Positions 12,001 to 22,933 of a stretch of DNA of 64,000 nt are shown piece after piece. The DNA comes from Oopsacas minuta (taxonomy: Eukaryota > Animalia > Porifera). The first letter of the stretch is position 1. The number at the start of each line of letters is the position of its first letter. The stretch is taken from the NCBI GenBank assembly GCA_024704765.1, contig JAKMXF010000299.1, forward strand, positions 186,001-250,000, in the 5' to 3' direction. Position numbers and translations under genes: made by a program. Below the pieces are notes generated by a model. The model made no database searches, had not been told where the DNA came from, and was given only the letters and a program-made list of their open reading frames with translations.

Positions 12001-15000
12001 GTTCTAAATTTGTATTGGGCAATGTAGGAAGAGTTTAAAATTTTTAGTTCCAAGAACTTTTAAACTGTTTAAACCACAATATGATTAGGGAAATAATTAC
12101 ATGTTTTAGTGATTTGTTTCAAAAACTCCAAATTAATTCTTTCGTATTTTAGATAATTTACCAGAGGGACCTTACAATTAAGTAAACTTTATCAGCTATA
12201 CATATGTACTTTTCTTTGTGTTAATTCCAAGAAATATTTTGCACTTAAGTCATATTACTTAAATTAAACTTAGAAATATTTATGCATTTACATAAGCCCT
12301 GAGCTTGCATGATAACCTACAGCTAATTCGCTTTCAGAATATGTCCCTACACGTGCAGGTTGAAAATTGCTCAAATGTTAAATCGTATGATATATTCACT
12401 TACCAGCTTTCGAAGCATGATGTAATTCACTCCATCCATTGAAATCTGAACACCCAACTACACAACGTTCTCTCATGAGAATTTCGCATATTTCTCGCGT
12501 GTTCGATAACTGACAAGCTCTGAATAGCGGAGTGATAAATTTAGAATCAAGAGGACTAGGAGATGCCCCAAGTATCAACAACATCTTAACTGCATCTCTT
12601 TTCGTGTCTAATACAGCTTTATGCATTGGAGTTATTCCATCACGATTTCGATAGTGTGTTATAGCACCACCGTTGACAAGTGTCATGATGACGTCAGTGA
12701 AATTAGAAGGTGCTTTGGAGCTAGCAGAAAAGGTAAGAGGACTTTCTCCAGTTTCCTCTGATAAGAAATTAGGATCAAATCCCCCAGAGAGCAGAGTCTC
12801 TAGTTTCCCAACTTGTCCTGTTGCCACAAACTCGAAACATTTCTTTTGATTCACTTTGTTGTTTATTTTGTTTACTTGACGTATATCCAAGTGATCTTTA
12901 TTGTTTCTACGCTTTAGCATATATTCAACCGTGGGTGGGGAATCCGCGAAAATGTCCAGGATCTCACCAACACACCTATCCTCAGAAATAAACACTCCCT
13001 CTTCAGACTCTAAAGTTTGTCTTACGAAAAACCCAAAGTTAAAATGACTATGCTCTTCACATTGAAAAGGAGCCAAGTCCCTTATAGATTGCAGAATATG
13101 CCAAGTTGATTCGTGGAAATAAACTGGGATGATTTTATGTTGTTTTTCAGTGAAGATAATTTTTAGCTGTCCAGACTTTTGGAGTCGTTTTCTCTGTGTC
13201 TCGTTCATCACATTAGCTATAACTTATACAAATCATATATGTGATATCCTTGTTAGGTAATATTATAAGAAACTTCTATGAAATATTATACTTTCAGTTT
13301 ACACAATAATATTCCAAAGGATTATTTGAAATATTTAGAGTATGAGTAAGTGTATGTTACCTTTCTCCTTATTCCTATTAATATTTCAGAGAATGAATTA
13401 AGGTTAAATCCTGATTTACTAAAATTCATGTGTAACCTGTGATTAGCAATAAACAAAATACGTAATGTAAATAATACAGAAACACATCAATATAACCCAG
13501 CATTATTTCTTTGAATACAAACAAATTACCTGCATTTCAATAGCATGTTTAAATAAATTCCTATGTGAATTGAGCTAAATGTTGTTTATACATTAAGTAT
13601 ACGAGACCTAATACCATTATGAGTAAGGTGATAAGGTATATGTCCCAGTTTATAATAAATGAGATGAAGAATGAGATTGGATTTATACTGAAGGGAAGAT
13701 TGATATTCGAGGCAACCCAGTCCAATTGTGACGTCATGAGTAGGTTGAACAGAGCGAGATGTACAGCTATAGATGAATCTGGTTCTAAAGTCAGGCATTC
13801 GTCGTAATTACGCTTTGCTAATGGGAAGTCCTAAATAGAATAACATATATAATTTTCGGTAAATGTTGTTGCAAAATCGCGATCAATTCGTTACCTTTAC
13901 TACTCCAAGACCTCTCTCATACATATACCCCATATTAAACTTTGCTTGTGGATCTTGAGCCTTTGCTGCTTCTTTATACTCATTGACTGCACTGTGATAA
14001 TCAACAGGTCTCCCTATTCCGTAATAATTATAATCTCCAAGTCGTATTTTAGAAAGAGAAGACCCCTGATCAGCTGATCGTGTCCACATATGGAAAGCTC
14101 TGAAACCTGGGTCACTAAGTTGAGGGAAAAGTTGTTTTTCATAATTTTCTAGTAAAAATGCTGTATTACTCTGTGCTACCTACAATAAGATAAAATTCAT
14201 TTAAACAATGGATTAGAACTCTGATTTGGGATGCATGCATTAGTCCAAACTTCAGATGTTTGCGTTAGCCGAAATTTTTAGTGATCGAATGCATGCATTC
14301 ACGGGGAAATTTCGTAGCGAGGAAATACAGTCATTTACTTTCGTTGTTTTGAATCAAAATACTCTCAGCAACTCACAGCCTGCTCCAGATCCAACTCACG
14401 CAAACATCACCAAAAATTTGGACTAATGCATACATACGAATTTGGACTAACGACGCCCCCCCTTCTGATTTATATAATTATAATTAGAAAGTACCTCGTA
14501 TCCTAATTCAGCTAGATAGCTGTATATCAGGTAAGCACGTTGATAATCCGCTTCTTTATACGATTTATAAGCTACCATCAATAGATGGGACCAATAGCCT
14601 CTCTCTGCCACGCCCTTATACAGCTGTACAGCTGTCTGGCAATGCTTCAAAGGAACCCTCTCATGTGCTTGATCCGCGTTAACTTTCGCGAGATAGTATA
14701 TAGCAAGGAGATTCCCTGATTCTGAGACTTTAATGAAATGTCTCAGAGCTTGTTCCACATTTCTAGCAACACCATACCCATAATACATCATGATGCCAAA
14801 GTATAGAATAGCTTCAGCATTATTTCCTTTAACCCCAGGCTCAATTAGTTGTCTAGCTCTCTTGAAATCTTGATCCACTCCCAAACCAACCAAGTATAAG
14901 AATCCCAATACAGCTTTTGCAGTTATACTATTACCTTCAATGGCTCTATATATAGAAATGATATATTGTTATACACACAATTGATGTTTAGATTTTACAG

Positions 15001-18000
15001 CCAATTACCTATTCAAATATTGAATAGCTTTATCATAGTCAGTAACACCCTTCAGTGTACAATCACCGTATATCATGCCTAGCGTAACCAAGGCTGTTTC
15101 GTCATCCTCTAAAGCAGCTAATTCAAAGTATTTAATCGCCGTGTGTACATTCCTAGCTGCCCCTTTGGTTCCCTGGAGGAACAGCTGACCCAGTAAATTA
15201 GTAGAACTTATATCTCCTTTATGTGCTAGCATCTGAAAAAACTCTACAAGGTCCTGATTCATAGTGTTAACATTTGCAGATTCATCGTCATCATCACTAA
15301 GCCTGAATTTGTACAACGCAGGTCCTCCAGATAGACCGATCTACCAGGAAAAGTATAAATATGGACTCAAACTGGAGTTAAATCAATAATAACTTGCTTG
15401 TTTTAGCATTTTCTTCCCTACACGTTGATAGTATACCAATGAGGTAGGACAAGATTGTGTAACTCCCAATCCTTTCTGGTATCTGTATCCTAGAGCCATT
15501 TCGCTCAGTACGTCACCACCTAATGCACTGAATGTATAGTACGTAAGAGCTGTTTGAGGGTTTGGCTTTGTGTTATTTGAATCAGTTTCATTGAATAAGC
15601 CATAACCTAAAATTTGAGAAAATATATTATTTTCGCATTTTCATTATTGTTATTACCTCAAATTGAGTTTACTTACCTGATTTGTATATATATCCTAGTA
15701 CATTTTGTCCTGAAGGAATACCTTTATCAGATAAAAAGTTTGCAATTACCAACGCAAGTGTGAAATTCCGCGTGACCATTTCATCACCAAATAATAGTCG
15801 ATACATAATGTTAGAATAGTTTGCGTATATTGTCCCATTTAGTGCCCATTCAAATGCAACAGATAATTGAGTTTCTGTTGAGAATTTAACTTTACTTAAC
15901 AAGTGATTAAGATATTCTATTTCCTCGCTTGTTAGTGTTATTTCAGTGATATGTTTTACTGGTAGAGTTTGTGCATTTGTTTGACATAGTTCCAACAAAT
16001 CTGTATCTAACTGTTTGTGTACTTTAACCTGATCTTCAACTTCTGATCTAAATGGGGATATATAAGTTAGCTACTAAAATAAACATTAAAACTTGGAAAT
16101 TATTTATATTTCCGCACATTTCCTTGACAATATTTTCAACTGGAGCTGCTTTAACAAGGCTAACAACAACATCTTTATTAACTTTAAGTAATTCTACAAT
16201 CACATCCTCACTGACTCCACTATCAAATATCTCTTGAAGTACTTCTCTAATCTCTTCTTGAGAGAGCACGTCGTTCATAAGATCAACTATATCATTTACG
16301 CTCAAAAGATTTATTTTCTCAGTTAACTGCTCTTCGAATCGTTTCAAAAGGGTTTCTGTTCGTTCTGTGCTGCCAGGAAGTTCATCTTTCAGACGTTTAG
16401 TACGATCGATAAACGCTTCAGCTAACTTTACTTTAGCATCTTCATTTTCAAATATATCTTGTGTACTCGTATCGGTTTGTTCCTTTAATATTATTAAGAA
16501 TATGAAACAAATATTCAGCAAATTTTATGAACGCTATAACCAAGGTTTTGCCAAAATTTTAGGAAAATTTATGTCCTTACCTCAACAAAATTCGTTAACG
16601 GCGGTTGAATAACCCCTTCAATTGTCCGTTCATTATCTTCATCATCACTCTGAATTGGTGTAATTAGTTCATCATTATCATCAGCATAACATATTCCCAG
16701 TATACAGAATATAACGAAAACTAACATACTACCATGTTTTACAATCATATCTGTATCTCTTCATATATGAATGACTAAAATGAGCTAAATTTACGAATAA
16801 TAACTAAAAACGGTATTCTCTTAATCAGGTCAAAACACACGACTGATGAAGCGAGAATAACAAATATCAAAAAAAGCAGTTTATATGAATTTATTAACTA
16901 TTGGGAGAAGTACGTAATTATTCTTATTATTCAGTATCTTTACTTATTATCTTTAGGAAGCTAGTCAGCCCTGTCAATCGACAGTGATTCTCTAAGAAAT
17001 TGAGAAAATGTTGAGTTTGTCCTTTGTCCTCAAGGATTGAGAGAGGATGATAGATTGTTGTTTTCGAGGAAGTAGTTGGTTGAGTTAACTCGAAATATCT
17101 TGATACGAAACCAGCCAAAGCCAGGTGGTTACATAGAAGAAATGTATTCTCAACTTTCTTGATGTTAAAATGTTTAATCACCAAGTTTGGCAACAAAAAC
17201 GGTTGTCTTTCTTTCACAGTTGCCATTAGTGGACTCGGCTGTAGTTTCGATGAAATTGTTAAGATTAAATTATTGAATATTTCTACTAATACCTGCATCT
17301 CACTACTGTAATAAATCTTCCCCGCAAAACTTTTTATCGCTTCAAATGCTTGAAAATAATGTGTTAACAGTCTGAAGGTCAAATTGAATACAATAGGCGA
17401 TTGATGAACAAAAAGTTTATAGATAAGATTTGTATGTGGCATGTATACTAGAGCTATTTTGTGACGTATCGGTATCTGTGCTATTTGATCGAGAAGTAAT
17501 ATCGCGGCCACTGTTGTCTCTAACACTGTATTATCCGCACTTAGACAATAATAACATTCTGCGAAGGCAAACTTAATAAATTCATCGAAAAGATGTAGTG
17601 TATCTTCTGGATTACAGCTGTCATTTGAAATATTATAATTATTCGTCATTTTATCAGGGCTTGCTATCGTTTTAGTACCCATACGAAATAGCCAATTATT
17701 CAGTAGATGGCCTAGCGCTTCGAAAAGGCCAAATACAAACGAGTGAGTACGTTCATCGTTTATGAGTACAATATTGTATGAAATAATAGTTTTGAGTTGT
17801 ATAAATGTAGCTATATCAATTTGTTGTAATGCTGTGAAAAGTATATCACCTGGATAATGGGGAATCCACACGGGTAATACATGTTGAACGAATAATCCTA
17901 TAGCAGGTAGAGATTGATTTAAGAACTCTGCGATTGCCGAAAGAGTCTGTAAGAGAGAGGAAATAGTGTAAATAATTTGAAAGGGTAGAGACGGAGTCAT

Positions 18001-21000
18001 ATGCCAATTAATTCTATTTACAGTATTGGCTAATGGATCATTAGATTTTGAGGTAATAGGTGCAATAGCTTGATCTAGCCAGAAAAGAACCATACTAATG
18101 GCTGTGTGATCTTTATTGAATAGCATTGCAGTTAATTGCGCTAGCATTGGTTGTTCGAACTGTGTCGTTTCGCGATTAAATATATCATACAATTTGGTAG
18201 TCATCTCTTCACGATCTTCTTTGGATAACAAGTCAATGGGTCGCCTCGCGAAAATGGCACCTTTACTAAGTGACCGTGTTGTCTCATTTGGGTGTTTCAT
18301 ACGCACTTTGTATATGTCAAATTGTAATTCAGGATCAGGGCATTCGAACCATACAATATTATTCTGTTGCCCAATATTAAAGTTAACGAAGTCTGAGCGC
18401 AACCGTTTGTAAAGAAATAACAATCCATTAAATTCAGTAGACAGATATAACGAATTATAATTGTATCGTAATATCTTCATAACGCGAAATGTTGTTACAT
18501 CTTCTCCACGCGTCATGAAAGCCAGAAGATGGCAAATATGAGGACACAGATAGTAAGAAGATATGTAATGCATTATTAAGTCGTAATAAGCATTCAGTTT
18601 ATATCTGTTCTCGATATACGGGTATACCAGTATAATCCAGTCTATTATTGAAATCATAGTGTCGAGTTGATCTGCAATTTGCACAGATAAAGAATTGAAC
18701 CAAAATATAATTGTTATAACCGATTTTGCATTGATAGTGTCGTTTGGAATTAGAAGAGAAAGTAAATTCTTTGGTGTTTGTAATTTTCCTTTAGGCAGGA
18801 AATTAATAATCTCAGTAATTTGATTTGAATTTAATCCAATCTGTTTGATTATTGATCGTATATGTAGTAGTGAAGATTTTGTACTTTTCTTTATGTGATT
18901 TGATTGTAAGTCTCTAATGAAACTGTTTATTTCATCTTGGAAGTGATTGTTATCATCAGGCATTGCCATTGATTAAATTGCTAGCTAAATATAATGAACT
19001 TTGTATAGATTATATAATACATGTTCTTATAACTGGCATAAGATATACAGGAATATATGAGAACCGTTTTCCAGAGAATCCGGCATATTAGCATATCCTG
19101 TGTTCTTATAACCGGCATCTAGTATATGAATTACTTTTATGACAGAACATTTTCAAGTTTTTATTGTCAAATAATGAGCAAGCAGGAAATATAGTAAAAT
19201 AATCCAACTTGTTAACCAAGCGATCTATAAACCCTATAGGAATGGGCTATGTCAGGTTACCTTCTACCCCCTCTGCCTCTACCTCGCCCCCTCCCACGAC
19301 CACGCCCCCTGCTCCTACCCCTCCCAAGCGGTGTCATAGCTTTCCTCTTCTTCTTCTCGGAAGGGGAATCGTCTATCAAGAGTGTGTCTAATGGGAGGTT
19401 TTCCGGTAGAATGAAATAACGTATATTATTGCCACGTATTGTGAGGAAATCTAGCGACTGAGCTTCCCTTCCTTTTAGAGTCATTTTAACATTCTTCAAA
19501 TGTGTATTCATTGTCATATCCACCCCAGATATTGTGCCGTCTATTATTGTACCATTCTTCAGATAGATTGTCACTTTCTCGTGACTTAACTTCATCAGGA
19601 AACGAACTAGCTTCATCCTAATTTTTCGCTAATTTTATAAAATTACGATTATACATTTATATCCTTTATTTATTAATTATAGGCCGTGGAGACCACAAGT
19701 TGAATTTGAGCTATGGAGGCGATATTATTACCCAAACACACAAAACCACTTGCTAGCCCGTGGTTACCTACCTACAGCAAAGGTATGTGAAATGGTTACA
19801 CAAGTACAGCACGAAGGTAGTTTTACAGTTAAGACATTCACGGTCCCTTTACATTTAGCTGAAAGTGAACAAAACTTTTCAACCCAACATACGGATAGCC
19901 CTAACTGCGGACAGTTAGACCTCACTATAAGGTATTTATATCCGTTCAGGCGATTAATTCTGCGTATTTTAAGACCCTACCTACGGATATGCTAGAATAA
20001 GTAAGATACAGTGTAACATTATTTTAGGTATAAGCTGGTGAAGTTAGATCCAGAATACAGTCCTACAGATCCAACTATTCAACCTTCAAAATATCACCCA
20101 CAAGTATATGTAAAGCTACAAATAAAACAAGCAACAGGGCTTAGAGATGCTGTCGAATTAGCTTCTCTTTCCAACAAAGATATCTCCCTCAGTGAATTAG
20201 AAACTGGCGTGAACACGTATGTAACTATTCGATTCTCTTTCACAAAGAAAACTCACACGACGAAAGCAATTGCTGCAACATTCTCACCAACTTATTCGTA
20301 CGAAATAGAACTTCCCTTGTCACTGTCACAGAGTGTCATTGACAATCATTCACCTGTCAGTTTAGCAGAAATTATATCTAAAAGCACTGTTAACTTTCAA
20401 ATCTGGCATGTACCATTAGCTGATAGAAAATCACAACAGAATAGAAACCACACACAACAACCTCATGTTATCCTTGGAGAATGCAGTCTACCTTTTGAAA
20501 TGTTACTCCTGAAAAGTACTGGTGTAAAGGGGTGGTACAGTTTAAAACCACCTAATGGGAAAGGTGGAAAGTGTGTCGGGGCCCTTGATTTGAATGTGGA
20601 ATTCTCTTCAATAGAAGATCGCGAAAAAGTGTTATACGAGGCGAATAAATTCGGTTTTCAGATCGACCGTCCGGTAAAGTTCGACAGTTTACAATTAGAA
20701 TCAGAACAAAATCTAGAAATTGACATAAACATTCGTCGTCTATGGATATCCAAACATTCTATAAAAGGCAATAACCTATATTACCTGCGTTATAGATTCT
20801 ATGACAAAACTACAACCATATCGCCTACATTCTTTCCTAGCAGAACAGAAGGAAATAGAATGGTATTTAATACAGACTACAAGAAAAGTAGTCAAGTATT
20901 CCCATCCTCTGCTTTTGAATGGTATCTGCAGGAAGAGAGATTTGAACTTCAAATCTGGCAAACAAATGGGAAAACCACACTCCCAGTGATACCATGTGTA

Positions 21001-22758
21001 GAAGATAATTTATTAGGAACCGCTTATGTTAATCTTTATGAGATGTGTGGATTCCGCGAATTTCAAGAACCGCAAATAGCAGGAGTGTATCCTTTATTCA
21101 AACCAGGTGTAATCTCATTAGGAGGAAATTGTGCGGAAATAGAGATCTCCATACATCAACCAACCGAGATCGAACTGCTAGAAAACACCAATAACAAAAC
21201 ATTAGAAGAAACAGAAATCCAAGAATCAGAATCAACATTACAAACTGAATTACCCACAGGAATACCGATTATATTGGCAATAGATAGAGCTGCTCATTTA
21301 TCTTGCCTTCCCTCTCAATCAGGTTGCTTACACGTGACAGTACATGCAGAAACATTGTTGTTCCAAACAGTTAAAATAAAAATAAGCTATTCTCCAGTGT
21401 GGAATTTCCAACAAGAAGTATATATAAACGAGGAAATATTCTCTCCTATGTTAGGGCTAGAAGTTAAAATATGGTATTCTTCGGAAATTGACACCATACA
21501 GTCTCAGCTGGTTGGAGTAGCAAAGGTTGACTTATCTCCTTTAAAATACGGTCTCCCCGAATTAGCAGGTTGGTATAACCTGTCAAATGTCATGTCATCT
21601 TGTCAGGGACAAATTAAATTACGAGCTATACCCAGAGAACGAATGGAAATACCTTCTTCAGTAAAAGTACAACATCAAAGAACTGAATGGGGACATTGTG
21701 AAAAAGCATGTAGTTTGATTGACAACCCTGTCAATACAAGAGATCCAATAGTAATACAAGAGATTGACATTGATTTGACATGTGTTGACACTAATATCAC
21801 TGGGTCGTTCTTAATGAGAAGGCTGAAAAGCTCGTTAGCTGACTTAGAAAATGTTCAGGCTAACTTCAAGCAAAACATACAATCAAAAACTCCTGAAGCC
21901 ATTCATATGATCGAAATTCCTCCAATTGAAAATGAATCTGTCATAGATTTATGTAGTACAGATTCGATTATATTAGCAGATACATATCCAACCATGGATA
22001 ACGTAACTGAATTGTTAGAAGAAATAGACGAACTACCTGTAGTAATTCAATCTCCACAGACATCACGTACTAACAGTTTTTGCTCACAATTATCAGAATT
22101 AGAACCTATTCAACAGCATACGGAGGATATAGGGGTAAATACTACTACCTCAGCTTTTTGTGAAGATGTTATTACAGAGAGTAGCGAACTGTCTTTTATC
22201 CAGGAAATTACAATATCGCGAAATTTATCACCAGCCCTGAGTGAAGAATGCGAATTAACTTCACAAGAACCTCAGATGGTTATAGAAGATAACCCCCATT
22301 ATATTCTAGAAACAAATAATGAGCAATTACCATCTTCTCCTAACCCTAGATCTCTGACAGATATAAGTTCAATTTCGGAACAATTTGAACAAGAAATTAC
22401 CCAAGAACAACCAGATGAAGATCTACTAAATTGGGTTGATTCTGTTACCAAGCATGTACCAATGCAAGACAATGAAATTATAACAAACCGGGTAATATCA
22501 ACTGACGAAAATGGGAATTTAAAGATAAATATCCCAGAAGATTTACATGTACCGAATTATTTTATGCCGCCCGATACACTTTTAGAGAATATGAGGAATC
22601 TAAGAATGAAAGCAATGAGCCAATTCCCTCAAGCCCCACCCAAAGAAGACAATAATCCACCTAACAACCCAACAGGCAAGCCTTCTGTACACTTAACCAC
22701 GCCTCTATTACCATGGGAAGCCAACAGGATTAATAAAATATTCTTAGGAAAAGTCTAA
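29..22758 (+). CDS. C2CD3: C2 domain-containing protein 3 (centriole/cilium protein), 5'-partial, multi-exon, host of seven nested genes
   Basis: Phase-consistent GT-AG exons: 29-340, 397-638, 697-882, 1069-1387, 1447-1642, 1807-1998, 3599-3740, 3881-4133, 19683-19931, 20028-22758. Translated segments follow the C2CD3 motif order as I recall it: [85 protein letters not shown]. Confidence 0.88.
896..1045. mobile_element. MITE, CAGTCAACTCC family (pogo/Tigger-like non-autonomous), in C2CD3 intron
   Basis: TIRs CAGTCAGCTCCCGTTATATCGAAG / CTTCGATATAACTGGGAGTTGACTG, TA on both flanks. Confidence 0.85.
2060..3367 (-). CDS. JMJD6: JmjC-domain protein JMJD6, intronless, nested antisense in C2CD3 intron 1999-3598
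   Basis: 435-aa ORF with [55 protein letters not shown] and poly-Ser tract. Confidence 0.97.
   Translation of the reverse strand: MASNIQSPYTDTRGSITQNVDEVRFISRADRTIADVKGRARPELKGELGWTQFGMYDKDTTNVSNVFDNIERISASDVSIETFHRRYELPGKPVVITGLLRDWAARKKWTIERLTKKYRNQKFKCGEDDDGFSVKLKMKYYRHYIQSTKDDSPLYVFDSGFADHRKKKSLLEDYQVPDYFVDDLFRYASESRRPPYRWFVMGPARSGTGIHIDPLGTSAWNAVVRGHKHWCIFPPSTPKEMLKPRMGEGGQQRSEAISWFNHVYPKCLLPSWPSEYKPYDFIHGPGEVVYVPGGWWHVVLNLDLSIAVTQNLVTPFTFHRVIPKTMKSRPKLAKRWLETLRKYRPEIAKEAEQIDLEANTGLPSSSSSSCSSTSVSSDSESESQSNNGQSSIENVLTKNDERRTQGMKRPIQSSYNTKYEPGTKRIREKSVNNSS
3443..3574. mobile_element. Degenerate CAGT-terminal MITE upstream of JMJD6
   Basis: Right end TTACTAAAGGCGAACTCAACTG-TA and internal CTTATTAGCAA resemble the 31779 element; left end decayed. 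Confidence 0.4.
3771..3849. mobile_element. Short hAT-like MITE (CAGTGGTTCCCAACCT family) in C2CD3 intron
   Basis: TIRs AGTGGCTCCCAACCT / AGGTTGGGAACCACT; shares two internal blocks with the 23820 element; no TSD visible. Confidence 0.65.
4325..6037 (-). CDS. Intronless protein with C-terminal Penelope-type GIY-YIG endonuclease and uncharacterised N-terminal region
   Basis: First ATG at 6037 (570 aa). C-terminus CKKKECKNC...[30 protein letters not shown]...[18 protein letters not shown] matches the PLE GIY-YIG pattern. No RT motifs seen. Confidence 0.85.
   Translation of the reverse strand: MSEPASQDLAYSPLTKAKHQFLNAKLAFEQSIRAQESVFDEAKGIPEFLSDSFGVSRILLLFPRGTPFLDELIKSNRTRVYTQLTKTVDKSGQRTIFGIGFNRSGRKSSEPAQDPFEKELDISIRVHYYNEANIVTIVEHSTNLVVDCGVFPPDMSAEIFWPYLFRRSVEMVPKLKYTTVIIDNSTFINCIDLTEVYGEVAKKSADILPQALSNDSDSDDELENQIRCSKCRAVHHRVNPSYRRCVWCRFTVDTCLEGVRKVHILMELLELLGSINVGEKAKCVLADLLVCVINQHKVRHFALLSLRSKPGVIYETLRNLKEDLYSLLYFLIKKDQKELQQIIPIGMERTFYTEFDTIGIPKGKVERYKITADVFESLKTIWEKFFTADNLEKILYYEATCEICFFPQNVGTIPCKKKECKNCDMMIEKKHFTSTQRRKIYEVSDAIDCNTRSLIYILTCTICRKQYVGSSSKELQARLEDHRSMARHGRGTSADVHAFYEHTKNRENIPKDKRCKIEKSKGAISAKDDPMKIFELIGIEIVKPHKLGERESHWIRELETCVPHGLNEFY
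6331..7557 (-). CDS. Coiled-coil + NHL-repeat beta-propeller protein (TRIM-NHL-like, no RING/B-box), intronless
   Basis: 408-aa ORF; heptad N-terminus; NHL repeats such as [16 protein letters not shown] and [12 protein letters not shown]. Confidence 0.88.
   Translation of the reverse strand: MFQNNKRELEILSLKRLKSEVESKKQQIGKTCENLRQKIDQKEQNLIEELDRVYNDTKCNLDERDRKLSCLDKCRDNVVNIRDNKLTDVMYQTLLPISEEIEKLLDKSLVAPSVELDLNEKLLENVQDFCNININICPYTERVYPEWMEVEKGTCENEMEEPFSILSLDTNELLISDRNKNVINVYSQNGEYISTIKDTNLNRPLYMCSYKDAFFVTCGVQNGKVLKFEKNEQGNWEMVQLQRLNNPITGINVDEQGILYVFETKKRNIFALETSNLDIITQLELETEHFVQGRTRIMDSKLHNSEWYVLFSNSEYTIQCFHKNGKLKRTVIDSSQFNGGLHFCIDNAGNIIGSESLTDKVKVFSNDGQFITKIGSGGDFTNPRGVTLDAKGRVFVCDLKSCDMLSCY
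8079..8140. mobile_element. Truncated CAGTCAACTCC-family MITE
   Basis: TA + CAGTCAACTCC left end, with ACACGGATAT shared with the 62278 copy; no right TIR found. Confidence 0.5.
8339..13208 (-). CDS. SHANK: SH3 and multiple ankyrin repeat domains protein (Shank), two exons
   Basis: Exons 12404-13208 and 8339-11937, phase-1 intron giving ..[19 protein letters not shown]. Domains in order: FERM-like N-terminus, ankyrin repeats, SH3 (GWFPGTCV), PDZ ([14 protein letters not shown]), Pro-rich with PPEWF, C-terminal SAM ([12 protein letters not shown]). Confidence 0.93.
13561..16727 (-). CDS. SEL1L: SEL1L/Hrd3 ERAD adaptor, about 8 exons
   Basis: Signal-peptide exon 16581-16727 ([15 protein letters not shown]); Sel1 repeats; [10 protein letters not shown]; [13 protein letters not shown] across intron 14180-14494; last exon 13561-13830 [20 protein letters not shown] transmembrane segment. 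Confidence 0.92.
14231..14435. mobile_element. MITE with about 38-bp imperfect TIRs in SEL1L intron
   Basis: Left ATGCATGCATTAGTCCAAAC..GATGTTTGCGTTAG versus right reverse complement ATGTATGCATTAGTCCAAAT..GATGTTTGCGTGAG. Confidence 0.7.
16927..18969 (-). CDS. CENPI: Centromere protein I (Mis6 family), intronless
   Basis: 680-aa ORF; [27 protein letters not shown] resembles CENP-I LCPYVCHLLYLLTKKENVKPFRV as I recall it. Confidence 0.85.
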   Translation of the reverse strand: MAMPDDNNHFQDEINSFIRDLQSNHIKKSTKSSLLHIRSIIKQIGLNSNQITEIINFLPKGKLQTPKNLLSLLIPNDTINAKSVITIIFWFNSLSVQIADQLDTMISIIDWIILVYPYIENRYKLNAYYDLIMHYISSYYLCPHICHLLAFMTRGEDVTTFRVMKILRYNYNSLYLSTEFNGLLFLYKRLRSDFVNFNIGQQNNIVWFECPDPELQFDIYKVRMKHPNETTRSLSKGAIFARRPIDLLSKEDREEMTTKLYDIFNRETTQFEQPMLAQLTAMLFNKDHTAISMVLFWLDQAIAPITSKSNDPLANTVNRINWHMTPSLPFQIIYTISSLLQTLSAIAEFLNQSLPAIGLFVQHVLPVWIPHYPGDILFTALQQIDIATFIQLKTIISYNIVLINDERTHSFVFGLFEALGHLLNNWLFRMGTKTIASPDKMTNNYNISNDSCNPEDTLHLFDEFIKFAFAECYYCLSADNTVLETTVAAILLLDQIAQIPIRHKIALVYMPHTNLIYKLFVHQSPIVFNLTFRLLTHYFQAFEAIKSFAGKIYYSSEMQVLVEIFNNLILTISSKLQPSPLMATVKERQPFLLPNLVIKHFNIKKVENTFLLCNHLALAGFVSRYFELTQPTTSSKTTIYHPLSILEDKGQTQHFLNFLENHCRLTGLTSFLKIISKDTE
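19018..19123. mobile_element. Degenerate MITE-like remnant between SNRPD1 and CENPI
   Basis: Direct repeat TGTTCTTATAAC(T/C)GGCAT twice; reverse strand begins TA-CTAGATGCCGGTTATAAGAACAC, like the TA-flanked MITEs. Confidence 0.35.
19257..19616 (-). CDS. SNRPD1: Small nuclear ribonucleoprotein Sm D1, intronless
   Basis: [44 protein letters not shown] plus GR-repeat tail. Confidence 0.98.
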   Translation of the reverse strand: MKLVRFLMKLSHEKVTIYLKNGTIIDGTISGVDMTMNTHLKNVKMTLKGREAQSLDFLTIRGNNIRYFILPENLPLDTLLIDDSPSEKKKRKAMTPLGRGRSRGRGRGRGRGRGRGGRR

Positions 22759-22933
22759 ACATTTTATATAACTTTATAATATGTTCAAACACTACGTACT
22801 TATTCAATTAAATTACACTACAACTTGTGATCTGATCCAGAGGCTAAAATGCGAGTATTTAGAGCAGCAATTATTCATATAAATACAGTTAAAAAGTATA
22901 TACAGGCAAAATATTAAATCCAAACCTTTCTTA

